Notes: generated by a model not told the origin, from the letters alone. Positions 13,613 through 27,759 are shown, numbered from the stretch's first letter. The stretch is DNA of 64,000 nucleotides from the human T2T-CHM13v2.0 reference genome, Homo sapiens (GCF_009914755.1 NC_060925.1), one strand, 5' to 3'. Program-made: numbers and translations.

Positions 13613-13680
13613 GTATCCAGACATTGCCAAATATTCTCCAAGGGGCAAAGTTGCTCTTCACCCTCATTTGTGAACCACTG
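13312..13680 (-). mobile_element. MER20 (hAT-Charlie), interrupted by a microsatellite
   Basis: ttttgggctggataatt...tttagcagcttccttggcctctacccattag...ccagacattgccaaat...tgaaccactg. Confidence 0.9.
13461..13616. repeat. Complex alternating purine-pyrimidine microsatellite (TA/CA/TG)
   Basis: Visible directly; RY alternation with a single break at 13488. Confidence 0.95.
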
Positions 13681-13719
13681 TATTAGATCCAATACTTACC
13701 CTTTTATAATTCCCTGCGT

Positions 13720-14230
13720 GCCCATCAGTCAGGATTCAGAAAGTTTTCAGATGTTTTAAAAGAAAGAAATTCAGTGTTTACAACAGACAACAGAAATTTT
13801 TTAGGTGTTTTATCAGAAAGTAACTGAGTGTTTACAACACTGTAGGAAGGGCTAAAGAAGACGAATTCAAGGGAGTCCCATCAGACTAGAATTTTAAGGG
13901 CATGTCAGTAAAAACTGTGAACCACATTAAGGAAGCTGCTACTCCCCCTGCCATTGCCACAGCTGTCTCTCACAACCACAAAGTTTCTGACCAAAATTGG
14001 GAATTCAGTGCTTGTATTTATTCCCACCTTAATTCCTAGAACCAGCAGAAGCAACAATATCCCAACCACATCACCCTTTCAAGCCTCTCAAACTTGTATA
14101 TCATTCATTAGTTGAATTTAATTCACAGACTTCTGGTTTCAAGGAAGTTTCTAGCCCCTGCAGTACACATAGAAGATAAAAATGGAGAGTGAGAATAGAT
14201 ACTGTGGGCTAAAATATCATATCCAGCATA
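13720..14230 (-). mobile_element. Ancient MaLR/ERVL-type LTR remnant (MLT1-like)
   Basis: catcagtcaggattcag...aacagaaattttttaggtgttttatcagaaag start and atatccagca end resemble old MLT1 antisense. Confidence 0.35.
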
Positions 14231-14676
14231 CGATGCTGTGGCACATCTGCTTGTTTTGGGCTTGTAGTACCCTCTGCAGAGATGTGCTTCATTTGTTCAT
14301 TTATTAATCTGTTTATTCAATTATCATTCAGTCACTCTTTCAACAACTACTTATTGAATACAGTGTTAGGACTCTTCCAGGTGCCAATAACTTGAATTAG
14401 TTTATTAAAGCATGTTAGTGGGGAAGGCAAGGAGTTAAGAGGGTATTAAATATGGTAGAACTAGGCTCATAAATGCCTTTGTGACTCTTCTGTTTTTTCC
14501 TTTCTCTCCTTTCTTTGTACTTTTCCTCTAGTTTTCATCATCCTTTTCCTAGAATGGGCTTTTTCAAAAGGTGCAAAACCTAGAAGTTCCAGATTCACAC
14601 TCTACCAACTTCACAACTACACAATTATTTTTTCAACAAATACATATTGAGAACTCACTAAATGTTTATCATTTTG

Positions 14677-15104
14677 TGTCTTAGTTCATTTTATACTGCT
14701 ATAACCACACAGGATGCCACAGACTGGGTCATTTATAATGTACATAAATTTATTCAGCTTATGGTTCTAGAGGCTGAGAAATCTAAGAGCATAGTCTCAG
14801 TGTCTTACAAGGGCCTTCATAATGTGTCATCCTATGGCAGAGGTGGAAGAGCAAGAGAGCACATGAGAATGCAAGAGAGCATATGAGAATGCAAGAGAGC
14901 ACAAAGAAAGCTAAATTCATCCTTTTATCAGAAACCCATTCCCTCAAGAACTAACCCACTCCCTTGATCATGGCATTGATCTATTCATAAGAGTAGAGCC
15001 TTCATTACTCATTCATGCTTAAAGGTCCTCACTTCTCAACATTGTTGCATTAGGGATTAAGTTTCCAACACATGAACTTTGAGGAACACATTCAAACCAT
15101 AGCA
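14677..15104 (-). mobile_element. MST-family MaLR solo LTR (MSTC-like)
   Basis: tgtcttagttcattttatactgctataac...ctaacccactccc...cacattcaaaccatagca; internal 20-bp tandem gcaagagagcacatgagaat at ~14851-14903. Confidence 0.85.
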
Positions 15105-17043
15105 CTACATAGTTGCTGGGTATAGGATGAGAGAAACCTGAAAAGAAAGCGCTCTCTTTCTATACATAAAGTTAATAAAGAATAAATGAGTAACCAAGAA
15201 GAACCTTAGTTTTTACAGCTTGGGCCATGGGCTTTTTCTTTGATCATGCATTGTGGCCAAGAAATAGAGTATTATGATTGCCCCAGTAGCGGTCAAATGT
15301 CTAATCACTTAGACCTTTCAGTTAGAGAAGAGGGTAGGTAGCAGAGGCCAAGGTAGGAGGATTACATGACATGACTATCAGGGGAATTTCTGGGAGACAG
15401 AAGGCTGCTATATTTGTGTCCACTACAACTATCTGCTGTGTATTAGGCACTATGCTAAGTGCTGAGGATACTGTAGTGGGTAAGACAATGTCCCAGGAAA
15501 AGTTTTCTGTTAAACCTAATCCACCAGACCTGACCACTCCCTCCTCTGGGGTACCAGTAGTTTGTGTATATTACTAACATTATTATTTCTTCTTATCTAA
15601 CTTCCGCAGAAGACTGTGAAATTGAAGCCTCTGACATCTCACTCCAGCATCCCACCTGGCATGTAGATGTGATTCCATGAATGTGCATTGGCTAAATGTT
15701 GAAAGAATGAAAGAACAAATGATAGCTTGATTAAGCAAATGAATGAATGTCTCTCTTTCATACTGAGAGAACGGTAGATGAGGGCTTAGCTTTCTCCTTT
15801 CCTGAAGCAAGCCTATTGGAGAAGTGTGGCTGGCTCATGCAAAGGGTGATGGAGGGGCAACTGATCTGCTCTGACATGTTTCAATTTAAGCTTATCTTTC
15901 CCTCACTCCTTTCCTGTAAGTCTATCTTCTTGGCTATGGGATTTTTATTGAATTTCTGATATGTGAATGAATCACCATAAAAATGTAAGCTCTCTATTGA
16001 ATAAAATTACACACACAAAATACTCCCAGAAAAATGAGGCAAATAAGTCTCTTCACTGGTGGCTATTTATAAGAACCTCCTCCACCTTTAAAATGCACAT
16101 ATTTCAATAGCCTTAAGTGTTTTTGGTTGAAATTTTAGTGAGAAAGACATATGATCTGTGAGAAGTGGCACTTTATCCTGGTTAACTATAAAAGCATTAA
16201 AAAACTTATAATGACTAAAAGTGTTTTAAGTGATTATACAAAATGTCTTCAGATTTCTTTTATCTTTTTTGGGAGGGGTAGCACACAGGGGAGATTGAGG
16301 TGAGTATGACTATGATTAAAATCAATGAAGACCATTGCTGGTTTTAACACATGATGACAATATTGTACACCACAGTGACACATAAAATGATATTACCCAT
16401 AAATCCTTTGCCCTTTCTGATGCTGCTAAGAAAACACATGAAATCATTTTGACTGATTAACAAGGCTATGCTCTGCAGGCACTACTGACCCTGAAGTTAC
16501 TGGTATTACCTAAAGTATCTGAGGTTATAAATCAGGAGCAGTTTGCATTATTAGAAGCAAAAAGATGTTTCTTAGGAAGGAAGAGAAAGCCAACAATTAT
16601 TTAGAGTTATTTGTGGTGTGTTCCCACAGTATCATGGATGATATAAGAAGAACAATAAAAGAAATATAAGAAAATATAAGACTACAAGAAATGGAAGAAA
16701 ATCTGTGATATTAATTCTTAGAAATGAGGTTACTGAAAATTAAACGAGGTATCCCAGATTCAGAGAAAGGCAAACAGTTCTCCATAGGTTAGGTTTTACC
16801 TATTGGAAGATCTGTTTATAGTCACTTAGCTGGAACAGGGGGTTCAAATACGGGTATTAATTCTCTACACTTTCTATTATCACTTACTAGTTGCCTAAAT
16901 CACTCTCATCTTTGAGTTAAACTAGTTAACTCTTGATGGTGGGTTTGTAGTTTTGGTGGAGTACTGTTAGATAATAGAGAAAAGATTAAATAATTTGTGA
17001 ATTAAACATGGTAAAAGTAAAACAGTACATTCCTCAAAATAAG

Positions 17044-17119
17044 TGACTAAAAATCAGTAAGAATTATACACATTAGATTGTTGACTAAAGATCAGTAAGA
17101 ATTATACACATTAGATTGT
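17044..17119. repeat. 38-bp tandem duplication (2 copies, 1 mismatch)
   Basis: tgactaaa(a/g)atcagtaagaattatacacattagattgt at 17044 and 17082. Confidence 0.95.
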
Positions 17120-19479
17120 ATCTATTGTTTGGAATCACATAACAACCAATACATTTGTGTTATATTAATTGGAAGGTAAGAAGGCCCATTCTTATCAGCA
17201 ACCATATATGTACTTCTCATCACTCTCTCAAGACCCTCTACTGAATCAGAAGCAAACACTAGCTACAGAGAGATGTAAGGAGAAGCTTGGGCTATTTGGT
17301 TCCAACATGACAATGTGTGAGATGCTTAGAATGACTAAATTATTGTATGGGCATCATTTTGGATAACATCTATAATTAATAAATGAGTTCATAAATATCA
17401 CATGGAAGTTCACTAAAAAAAATCCATTAGATCTATTTGATATAATTTACCTTATTTTCTTATTAGAAATTACCTTGCTTTCAAACAACAGAAATAAACT
17501 CAGATTAATTTAATTAAAATATTGAATTGTTGGCTTTGTCTGAATTGGACTCCAAAATGTATGTCTTTCTTCTACCTTTTTATCTGTATTCTTTACTTTC
17601 AATCAGCTTTCCAAGCCAGCTGGTTTGATTTGACAGAGCACCAAACTAGTTTTTTACTTTAGGTATTACAGTTTAAGCATGTGATCATTGTTATTTATGA
17701 TACATTTATTCATCTGTATAACAAAAGTAATAATATCTGTGTCTCCTAAGGTTCCAGAAAGAATCAAATAGTGGTACGAAAGCACTTTGTTAGGATGTTG
17801 AATAAGTATAAGAGATCTATGTTTTCTTACTTTTGATTTTATAGTTCTTAATATAACTATATAATGGAGGTTCTTAACATAACCTCCATTTGTTTTTGGA
17901 ACCTCCAAACAGGTACCAAGATGAATTCAGAGAATCAAAGGGAAAGAGGATAATTGCACTTCAGAAAGAGTAGGAATTAAGGTGGCTATGGGGACCTAAA
18001 CTGAAAGAGTGATTAGAGTTTTAGAAGAACTAAGAAAAGAAGAACAAGAAGTTTACAGGAACTAAGCTTTGAAAAGTGTAGGGCACTGACTACCCTCTGT
18101 GGAATTTAAAACTTATATGTATAGTCTTACCATATATATCCCTATCAATAAAAGAATAAAAGAAAGCTCAAAAACTTCTCATTTTATTTTATTACGACCT
18201 TGGTTTATTTGTGGGCAGAAGAAGATAGAAATTAAATATTTACTATTCTGGTTGATTTTGATGTTCTGCTATCACAAATATTGCCAATTTTCACTACCTC
18301 TGCTTTGTTGGTTCTCCAAGCAGATGCTTAGTCTGCCACTAGGCACTGCTGTTAATACGATTCAATTCCAGTGACTTCAAGATTTTTATTTCTCTGTCTT
18401 CATGTTTCAGATATGCCACAGAGAGGATCCAGAGAGCCCATCTCCGGTCAGTTATCTGTATTTGTATGTCAACTACAGCATCAAAAAGCATAGGCGTGGA
18501 TACTAAGGACCCCCTCTGTACACCAACACCAGTCCAAAGGACAGTGTGTCACTGTGAACTGGAAATTCATCTCTCTTCTTCATTTTTTTTCTACCTACTT
18601 TATGCTTTATCTCTAAGTTGAGGCTGTTTATGGCCTCATCCTCAATTACCTTGTCCCTCATTACTCCCAGTTAATGGAGATTAAGCTTTGCATCATGACT
18701 TCCTAACTAAAATTGAAATCACAAGACATCACATAAATAAAGTTACAAATGGATTAGATAAACATTCATTTTGCTATAAGGTAAATGTAAAAGTGTATTA
18801 AAAATAATTCATACAAAGGAGAGGGAGAAGCTTTACTCTGGAGATAGAAGATACCAGAAGATTTCTTCATCTCTAAAATGGGTGTAACTTTCATTCCATT
18901 GTTAATTTAGGACAGCTTTTCTTGCAAAAGGAAATCTTGAGGTGGTACTTCAGATGTACTCAGAAGTGAGCCCTGTCAGCTTTTTGTCTGGTGACATCTG
19001 TCATTTTCTCTTGTTTACCTTCTGGAACAGCTCTAGTGATGTCTGCTGTCAGTGTCTCTGATATGGTGTTAGTATGAGAATTCGTAACTTCTTCCTCCTT
19101 TTTTCTTCTACACATCAGCTTGATTTGCTATTAACCATCTCCTGCTTGTCCCTGACAACCCTCCTGTCACCCCCAGAAGCTGCTATTGCTGATGTTTGCA
19201 CTGTTGAAAGACCACAGGTGGCAGAGACCTCTCTGGAGCCCTCAGTGCCCAAGTGGCTATTTTGTGCACAGGAAAACACAACAAAACATTTATTTCTCCT
19301 CTTTTACACATTCTCATGTGAATATGAAAACAATGCTGCTTGTATCTCGTTACCTTCTTACCCATACTCTGCCACCTGCCCTTTCCATTTCTCTTATACA
19401 CAAACTGTGAAAAGCTAGATCAGAAGACCAAGAGTAATGCATAAAAATAGCTCATCTTCCACTGGCCATTGTCATATAT

Positions 19480-19722
19480 CCATGTGATGACGGGAACTTT
19501 GAGAGCCATCCCACCCGCATGAGAGAAGGCAAGGCCATGTGTTGAGGATAGTAGATCAGAAAGATAGAAACAATCTGAGTTTTTGAAGACATTAATAATC
19601 TTTAGAATTCACCAAGCCTAGAAACTTTCTGCTTCTGGACTTCTTGGTTTCAGAGATAATACGTATTTTTTGTTTCTTAAGGCCATTGAGTTGTCATATT
19701 TTGCTATATAAAACTGAAAAGA
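19480..19722 (+). mobile_element. MLT1J/K/L-type MaLR LTR 3' part
   Basis: gaggatagtagatcagaaagatagaaacaatctgag...ttctggacttcttggtttcagagataat. Confidence 0.6.
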
Positions 19723-19723
19723 T

Positions 19724-20019
19724 GTCTGGGCATGGTGGCTCATACCTGTAATCCAAGCACTTTGGGAGGCTGAGGTGAGTGGATTTCCTGAGGTCAGGAG
19801 TTCGAGACCAGCCTGGTCAACCAACATGGTGAAACCCCATCTCTACTAAAAATACAAAAATCAGCTGGGCATTGTGGCATGTGCCTGTAATCCCAGCTAC
19901 TCAGGAGGCTGAGGTGGGAGAATGGCTTGAACCTGGAAGGCAGAGGTTGCAGTGAGCCTAGATCACACACTGTACTCCAGCCTGGGCAACGGAGCAAGAC
20001 TCCTTAAAAAAAAAAAAAA
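19724..20019 (+). mobile_element. AluS (Sx-like)
   Basis: Dimeric Alu with A tail; ctgaaaaga repeated at 19714-19722 and 20022-20030 (TSD). Confidence 0.95.
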
Positions 20020-21199
20020 CCCTGAAAAGACAGTAAATAATGGTCACATAACAAAAATGCACAATCTAGATGGAAATAAGAAAATTTTAATTATTAATTT
20101 GTTGTTCTCTTCTAGGCTTTTATCTCAGGAGAATCAGCTTGTCATTGGATAATTTCCCATCCTCTGTCTAATGATCTCTAGCTCTTTGATACAGTTTTAA
20201 TTTTAGTTAAAGAGACATATATACACTTCAGTTATGGTAACACCACTTCTCCAACTAAGTGTTCCTTTAAAATTTTTATAAGTACATTTACGATTTTTTT
20301 TAATGTCTAGTGCATTAAAATGTTTAGGGAGAAATGGAAAGAGAAGGCAGCATTCAAGCAAATTTCATTTTGTCTCCCAAAGCCATTAACAAGTGGATGG
20401 AATTATTTTCATACACTGTAAGTTCTTCTTCTTTGATTAGAATGGTTTCTGAGTTGCTTTTTCTCCTTACTCTTAGGATAGTGACCATAGCCAAGATGTA
20501 ACTATAACATTATAATAAAATTTTATTATTTAATAAATAATACATTTTTAAACAACTTAAAAATCTTTCAAGATGTCAGAATGAATATATGTTTTTCTTC
20601 ATTATCTCTATGGGCATTATTTCAAATAAAACAAAATAGATATATAAAGGCATAGCCAAAAATCAAAGGAGGGAGTAGATGGGAAGAGAATACATCAATC
20701 TATGGTTGCTCTTTGAAACTGTTCCTTCTGGAAAAACAGACAAAAACCATATTGGGGATTGGGAGCCAATAAAGCAGAAATGAGAAGGATAAAGTCAAGG
20801 ACACTTTTGAAAATTTTAGCCAAGGATGAAACAGATTTTTCACTGCAGAAGATCAGTAGGGCTTGGAAGCTGGAAATACTATGTCTATGAAGAGTAGGAA
20901 TGAGATAGAATTAAAGTCTGTAGAAGAATCAATCGACCTCTTTCCCTCTTTCCTATGTCTGTGCACAGATTGCCTGGCATACAGGGATTTAGCCCACATG
21001 CAGAAAAGCAAAATGACAGCAACTTTAAGTGAGGTTCTTCAATTAAACTGAACCACCTCCTTGAGGGAGAAATAGGGTAGCTAGTGTAGGAGATGGCACC
21101 CCAGCATTAAACAGTCTGTCACTGACGTGTCTGAAAATTTACTGCCAGCTCTCTGCTCACTTAAATTAAGCCAAGTCTGTCAAGCCCTTAACAGTATTT

Positions 21200-21985
21200 A
21201 TGGTCAGATTTTTTGTAGTCTCTTAATTAAATGGACAACAAGAATCTCTAGACATTAGGGGAAATCCTCAGTGCAAAGTATAATCATCCAAATACTTATT
21301 TTAAAGAAAGAGACAAAAAGAAATCCTCCCCACAGGAAAAACAAATATTTTGGGAATAGAACAATATTTAGAAAACATCCTAATTAATGTCTCTAGAGAA
21401 ATTTAGAAGATAATACTTTAATAAAATGAGAGCAGGTTTACTTGAAAGGAGAAAAAATACCAAATACTAATAAGAAAGCACATTTGAATTTGAACATGTA
21501 GGTATTTACATAAATATCATATCTGTATATCTCTGTCAATCTGTCTGTAAAATGATAAAGTGAAGAAAATCTCCTGAAAAATACATCAGAAATACCAAAA
21601 GACAGACTTAATAAAATCTAAAGTAAAAGACACAGATAACCTTGTGAATCCAATGTCAGACTAATAGGTCTTCCAGAAGAGCACTGAAAATTCTAAAATT
21701 ATGGCTGAACAACAAGACTAGAAAGCTAGCTGGAGTGAAAGAATTGGGGAAAAAAATTGCATACATCATTTAAAATAAGAGGCCGATTGAAAATATAGTA
21801 AAAGGATTCTGTGGGGTAAAAACAAATTCCTTGAATGTAACTCTAGGAATATTCTCCGTGAGTGGAAAAGTGAATCCTGAGAGGAGAACATATAGTCCTA
21901 GCACATTACTTGTCTCTTTAGTAATAATTATTAAATAGTCATAATACAAATGCAGCATATTTATTTACAATTTTAAGAAGCCATC
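21200..21985 (+). mobile_element. HAL1/old L1 ORF1-like remnant
   Basis: A-rich ORF1-like text including tccaatgtcagactaataggtcttccagaa (SNVRLIGLPE, the L1 ORF1 'N-I-R-L-I-G-V-P-E' motif). Confidence 0.5.
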
Positions 21986-21989
21986 TATA

Positions 21990-22314
<325 letters not shown>

Positions 22315-22349
22315 TCATGTAAGACTTCATTCACTCTCACAACACAGTG

Positions 22350-23310
22350 TTAGGGCTTCCAGCTTCTACTGGAATATAGAAATTTGCAACCCATCTGTCA
22401 TTTCTGTTGTAACAGAGAAACTACGAAATACAAATTATCTAGTTTTAACACTGTTAGAGAACTGTGGTCATAAAGAAGTCTAATGGAAGTATATCTTAAG
22501 GATAAAACATTTCCAAGTAAGCAGGGTTTATTTGCCACTTTCCTCCACATGGCCTGCCTAGTTTAGGTTTGGGCAGGCTGAAAATCAGACTGCCATGGGA
22601 AGAGCCACTTTTCTTGGTTGATGAGAAACAAGAGGATTTAATGACATGGTGGGCTCGCTGGCTGACATATTAGGGCTATGGATTCCCAAACACAAAGCTA
22701 ATTATCTCTCCTTGCCGATCTTTTTCCCATTGGACTTTTGTTGGGTATTTGGCTATGGCAGCATGGAAGATAAGAGTCTGGGCTGGAAAGCAATAATAGC
22801 CTTCTGTAGTCTCACAGTTCTTAGATCTTGCAAGAGGGAAGAGATTGCAATGCATGCAGAATGGATCTTACCCTGAAAATATTTGAAACAGGAGGTAAGT
22901 TGAAGCTAACTAAAGCTGCAACCAAGACCCATCTGAGTTCAACTGTTTGGACCTAAAGTGGTCATTTTCTCAAACCAGTTGCCGAGTTGCTTAGTTCCTA
23001 TCTGGGGAGCAATGTTTATTTACTTTACTTCATAAGGATCTTTTAAATACTATATCTAGTTAAAAATAAATAATTAGATATTCAAAGATGCAAGACAAAG
23101 TAAATACTAATAACAGAAAAAGCAGTCATAGAATTATATTCAGATGTTGGAATTAGTAGACAAGCTATTGAAAGAGCTACCAAATATCTTAGAGGAATAC
23201 ATGAAAAATGGACAAAAAGATAAATTTTAAATTGAATTTTAAAAAGGGAACAAACTGGGCATTTTAGAACTAGAAAATATAAAACCTGAAATTACAAATT
23301 AATTGGATGG
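22350..23310 (+). mobile_element. Old L1M 5' UTR/ORF1 fragments
   Basis: gcttccagcttctactggaat...cagatgttggaattagtagacaag...attttagaactagaaaatat resemble L1M 5' ends. Confidence 0.45.
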
Positions 23311-23314
23311 TTCA

Positions 23315-26300
23315 ATTTCTGGGAAAATAGAGTGGATGTACTTTTCTACATTCTTCTCACTAAACTAAAAGCCCTGGACATTGTATAAAAAGCAAACATA
23401 AGAAGACTTGAAAAGGTGGAGAAAAGAGGGTAGACTGGCTTAGAGACTTTGAGAATAACACAATGATTAGTTTCTTAGCTTTCTTCTTGCCTCCTATATT
23501 CTAATCTTGGAGCTGCAGAAGCCAGTATCTCAGAAACACAATAGGTACAGACAAAAAAAAATAAAATCCCCAGCTAACTGTGTTCCTTGTAGCCAAAGAA
23601 CCAGGCAAGGGGCAGCCTAGCAAGGCAACAATTATCCATTCCAGCTGAACGCCACAGGAAAGAATCATGTACTCTGTGGTGAGCTGGGCCTTTCACCTCC
23701 ACCCAGCCTGACAAAGAATCACCCCCATCCCTGAAAATGTCCAGCAAGGTTCAAAAGGAAGCCTGGATTTCTAGACCCATTGGGCAGGAATTAGATGTTG
23801 TTCCCTCCTGCCCCACACTGTTCCTGCAGGAGCACTGTCAGAAAAAGTCATATAAAACAGAAATTTTAAATAAGACCTAGAATCTCATAACCTAATGTTA
23901 TGACATCCCTGGGGTGTCACTTCAACAGCCAAAAGCCTCTGTGGCCTGTGGTGCCTTTGCTCCAGTTTTGCATAGGCCTGCTGGGCCCATTCGGCTTGGT
24001 AGGCTGTGCTTGGTTTGCGCTACTGGCCCGGACCCCTGCCTGCCAAAGGCAAGCAGAGTGGTGAGGGGTATGTGAGCAAGTGAGCATGGGATCCAGCCAC
24101 GGTGCACACCCAGGCACACTGGCTGCAGCAGGACAGGCAGCTCCAGGTGCCAGCATGGACACTGGCTCCCTGCAAGGTTGCAGCTGGACCAGGCGCACCA
24201 TAAGCATCTTCCACGGCTGGCACTGGGGAACACAATGGTGCATGGCAGGTTGGAGACACCAGGAACCACAGAGCCCCAAAGAGGGTGTCACAGCCCTGGC
24301 TTGGTGAGCTCCTAGGTCTGGGTTCCCCAAAGGGCCGTAGCTGTTCCCTCCCTCTCATCCATTTGCATCGTGGCAAGCAAGGAGTGTGTTTCAGCCCTGT
24401 TTGTGTTACAGCTCTTTCGCCCCACCAAGGTGTCTTGAGGAGTGTTCAGCTTTCAGCAGAGAGGAGACCCTGGAGTGGGTAGCTCCTCTCTGCTGGCAGG
24501 TTGTCATGGCGTCTCTCCAGTCTCCTGTGTTCGGGGTTTTATGGGCTTCAGAGGGGAGGAAGTGCATGCTGATTGGTTCATCTGGTGGCTATGAGAAGCC
24601 CAGATAAAGGACTATAAATTCCCACTCCAGTCTGTGGGACTGGGAGCCCGACCCCCAGGCTTCAGGCCTTCCCCGACCTGAAGGTAGAGCTTCACCAGGG
24701 ACCTGCCCTTTTCTGCCTGGGAGACTGTCTGCCTCCTATAACTATTACTTTGTGCTAAGGGACGCTTGAAGGCCAGCGTGAACTGCCCTCAATGCCCCGG
24801 TCAGCTTCGCTGTCATGCTTACTGGTGCCCGAAGTCTGGAGGGGGTCGAGGAGGCAGGGGGCTGGTGTGACAGTGCTGCCCCCAGTTTGCACACACCTGG
24901 CCATGTTGCAACAGCACACGGGCTCAGCCTCAACTTTGCTCTGAGATCAAAGTGGGTGCAGAGAGCGGGGAGAGACCAGACAGTGGGAACAAGCACTTCT
25001 GAGCCTGCAGCGGCATAGGGGGGCCTTCCTGGGCCCTTGAGAGTGCAGAGATGCCTGAGTCCACAGCCACAGCTGGGCGGCTGCAGCTGTGCCCAGGAGG
25101 GTAGGGCTCCTTCCTGCTCCCAGCCCCCAAGAGCACTGGCATGCTCAGGTCTACAGCTGCAGCTGGGCGGCTGCAACTGTGCTCAGGGAGCCCAAGGCTC
25201 CCACCCTGCCAACTCAGAAGGGGGCAGGGCTTCTGCCTGTTCCTGGCTCCCGCTAGTTCCATGGAGCATGCAGCCCCAACCATGCCTCCTCCCCTGAAGC
25301 TGGCATCATGGCAGTGACCACTCTAGATGGGCCGCCGCTGCCATCACTAATACCAAAATATAAAGGTTTCAGTAAAAATCACTCATCATACCAAAACCAA
25401 GCAGATCTCAAATTGAATGAAAAAACACACAACAGCTAACAGTGAAATACCAGAGATCTTAGAATCAAAAAAGATAATATAAAATCTTAGAGTCATACAA
25501 TTTTAGAATCTTAAAATCTTGGAAAAGATTTTAAAGCAGCCATGATTTTTTTAAAAAAACTTCATGAGCAATTATGAACACTTTTGAAACAAATGAAAAA
25601 ATATCCAAAACCTTAGCAAAGGAAGTCCAGCAAAGAAATAAAAGATACAAAGGAAAACCAGATGAAAATTTTAGAAGTGAAAACAAACTAAAACACCCAG
25701 TAGAGAGGCTCAACAGTAGAATACAGGGGATACAAGAATGAATTAGCCACCTAACAATAGAATAATAGAAATTACCCAACTGAACAATATAGAGAAAACT
25801 AACTAGAAAAAAAATGTCAGAGCTTCAAGGACTTAGGGGACTGTAACAAAATATTTAAATTTTGAAATACTGAAATGTTAGAAAGAGAGGAGAAACAGCA
25901 GGGCTGAAAAAATACTTGAAATAATGGCTGAATGCTTTGCACATTTAGTAAGAGACATTGATCTATAGGTGCAAGAAGCTGAATGAAGTTCAAAAAGAAT
26001 GAACCAAAGATAGCCAGGTCAAGACACATCATAAAGTCCCGATAATTAAAGACAAGGATAACATCTTGAAAGCAGCCAGAGAATAATGACACCTTATCTA
26101 TTGGAGAAAAAAAATTTAAAAACAATGAATTCCTCTTAGCAACCATGGAAGCTAAAAGAAAGCGGCACCATACTTTTCCCAGTGCTGAAAGAAAAGACTA
26201 TCAACCCAAATCTGTGTGCCTATCAAATATGTTCTTTAGAAATTAAGGAAAAATCAAGATATTCTCAGATTAAGAAAAACTAATCTGGCAGATATGCCCT

Positions 26301-26740
26301 AAAAGAGTAATTAAAATAAGTTCTCTAAAGAGAAAGGAAACAATTTTAAAAAAAAGAATATTGCAATTTTTGGAAGGAAGAAAGAACCCTGTCAGCAAAA
26401 ATATTGGTAAATACTTTAGGCTTTCTTTCTCTTCCTCAATTTTCTAAATTATGCTTTATGGCTAAAGTAAAAATCATAACACTGTGGCTCTAACTGTATG
26501 TAGAGAAAATATTTCAGACAATTATATTATGAACGAGGGAGTGTAATGACATGTAAAGAGAGGCAGGTCTTCTATACCTCACTCAAACTGGTATAACAAT
26601 GGCACCTGTGAATCACAGACATTACGTAGAACAAGCTCTAAAAAAGCTATATAAGAGATACACTCATAAAACACTACTGATAAAATAGAATCCTAAAAAT
26701 AATGTAATCCTGTAACCCATCGGAAGATAAGAACTACAAA
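23315..26740 (+). mobile_element. L1MD-like 5' UTR and ORF1, interrupted by MER52A
   Basis: agacctagaatctcataacctaa|taccaaaat...aaaatcactcatcatacc...gattttaaagcagccat is continuous across the LTR; decayed ORF1 follows. Confidence 0.65.
23896..25346 (-). mobile_element. MER52A-type ERV1 solo LTR (GC-rich, 1451 bp)
   Basis: TG...CA termini (minus strand begins tgatggcagcggcggcccatc); 4-bp TSD ctaa at 23892-23895 and 25347-25350. Confidence 0.9.
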
Positions 26741-26744
26741 CTAA

Positions 26745-27715
26745 CATAGCTTCACTGGTGAATTCTACTATACATTTAAAAAAAGAAACTCCCACACTTG
26801 AAACATTTTATCTTACAACGGAGGCTAACATAAACGTGATGCCAAATCCCAATAAAGACATTACAGAAGAAGAAAATTATAGAACAATATCTTTCATGAT
26901 CATGGTCACAAAAACCTAACCATATTAGCCAATTTCAGTGTTGTATAAAATGGATAAACAGTCTGAGCCAGTGGGATTTTCTATGATGCAAATAAGCATG
27001 TAAAGAAATAAAAAAGATAGTTCATTAAAAACAAAAGGAAAAAAGATGATTATCTTAATTCGTAGAGGAAAAAAGTAATATTTGCTTTATTTAAATAGGT
27101 ATATTTAAATAAAGAAGAATTCATTCAATTTGAATTTTAAAATATCTACTAAAAATCCTGTAGCTAGCAGCATATTCACTGATAAAATATTGAGAGTTAT
27201 CTCCTTAAAGGTCATAAACATGATAAATATTTCTGCCATCACTACTTATACTCACCATATACTGGAGGTCCTAGCCAGTATTTTAAGGCAAGAAAAAGAA
27301 ATAAAAGACACAAATATTGAAAAGTAAGAAGATGATGTTTCTTTATTTGCAGACAATACTGTTGTATACAACAAAAATCCCAAGAAATATACAAGCAGCT
27401 AGTTGCCTTGCAAGGTCACAGGTTCAAGACCAATGTACAAAAATCAATCATATGTCTTTCTGCTAGCAGCAAATAGAAAATAAAATAAATAACTTCTGCA
27501 ATAATATAAAAATTATCAAATTCCTAAGAATAAATTTATCAAAGGATATATGATATGTTTACCCTGAGTCCTACAAAACATTGGTGAGAAAAATGATCCA
27601 TTAAGTTGAAACAACCCAGCACACATTATCTGTAGAAATGGAAAGCTGCTTCTAAACTGTACATGGAAATGCAAAACAACAAGAAAGGCTAAAATAAATA
27701 AACAAAAACCCAGAA
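26745..27715 (+). mobile_element. Old L1 ORF2 (RT) decayed fragment
   Basis: ttcactggtgaattcta (FTGEF), aattatagaacaatatctttcatg, ctggaggtcctagccagt (LEVLAS), tttgcagacaat (FADD site). Confidence 0.75.
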
Positions 27716-27759
27716 TGTTATTATTATTCATTGTTGACAATATAAAGGTAAGAGTGCTA

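Noticed and set aside
13390-13759. Y/I/H/T/V/C-rich ORFs (also 1107-1325 and 10347-10586)
   Set aside because: These are translations of dinucleotide microsatellites.
20512-20529. 18-bp perfect palindrome ataataaaattttattat (and a 10-bp-arm hairpin at 17863-17890)
   Set aside because: Short or purely A/T, so plausible by chance in AT-rich DNA.
23917-25297. Many overlapping 65-143 aa ORFs on both strands
   Set aside because: All lie inside the GC-rich MER52A LTR, where stop codons are rare; no recognisable domain.
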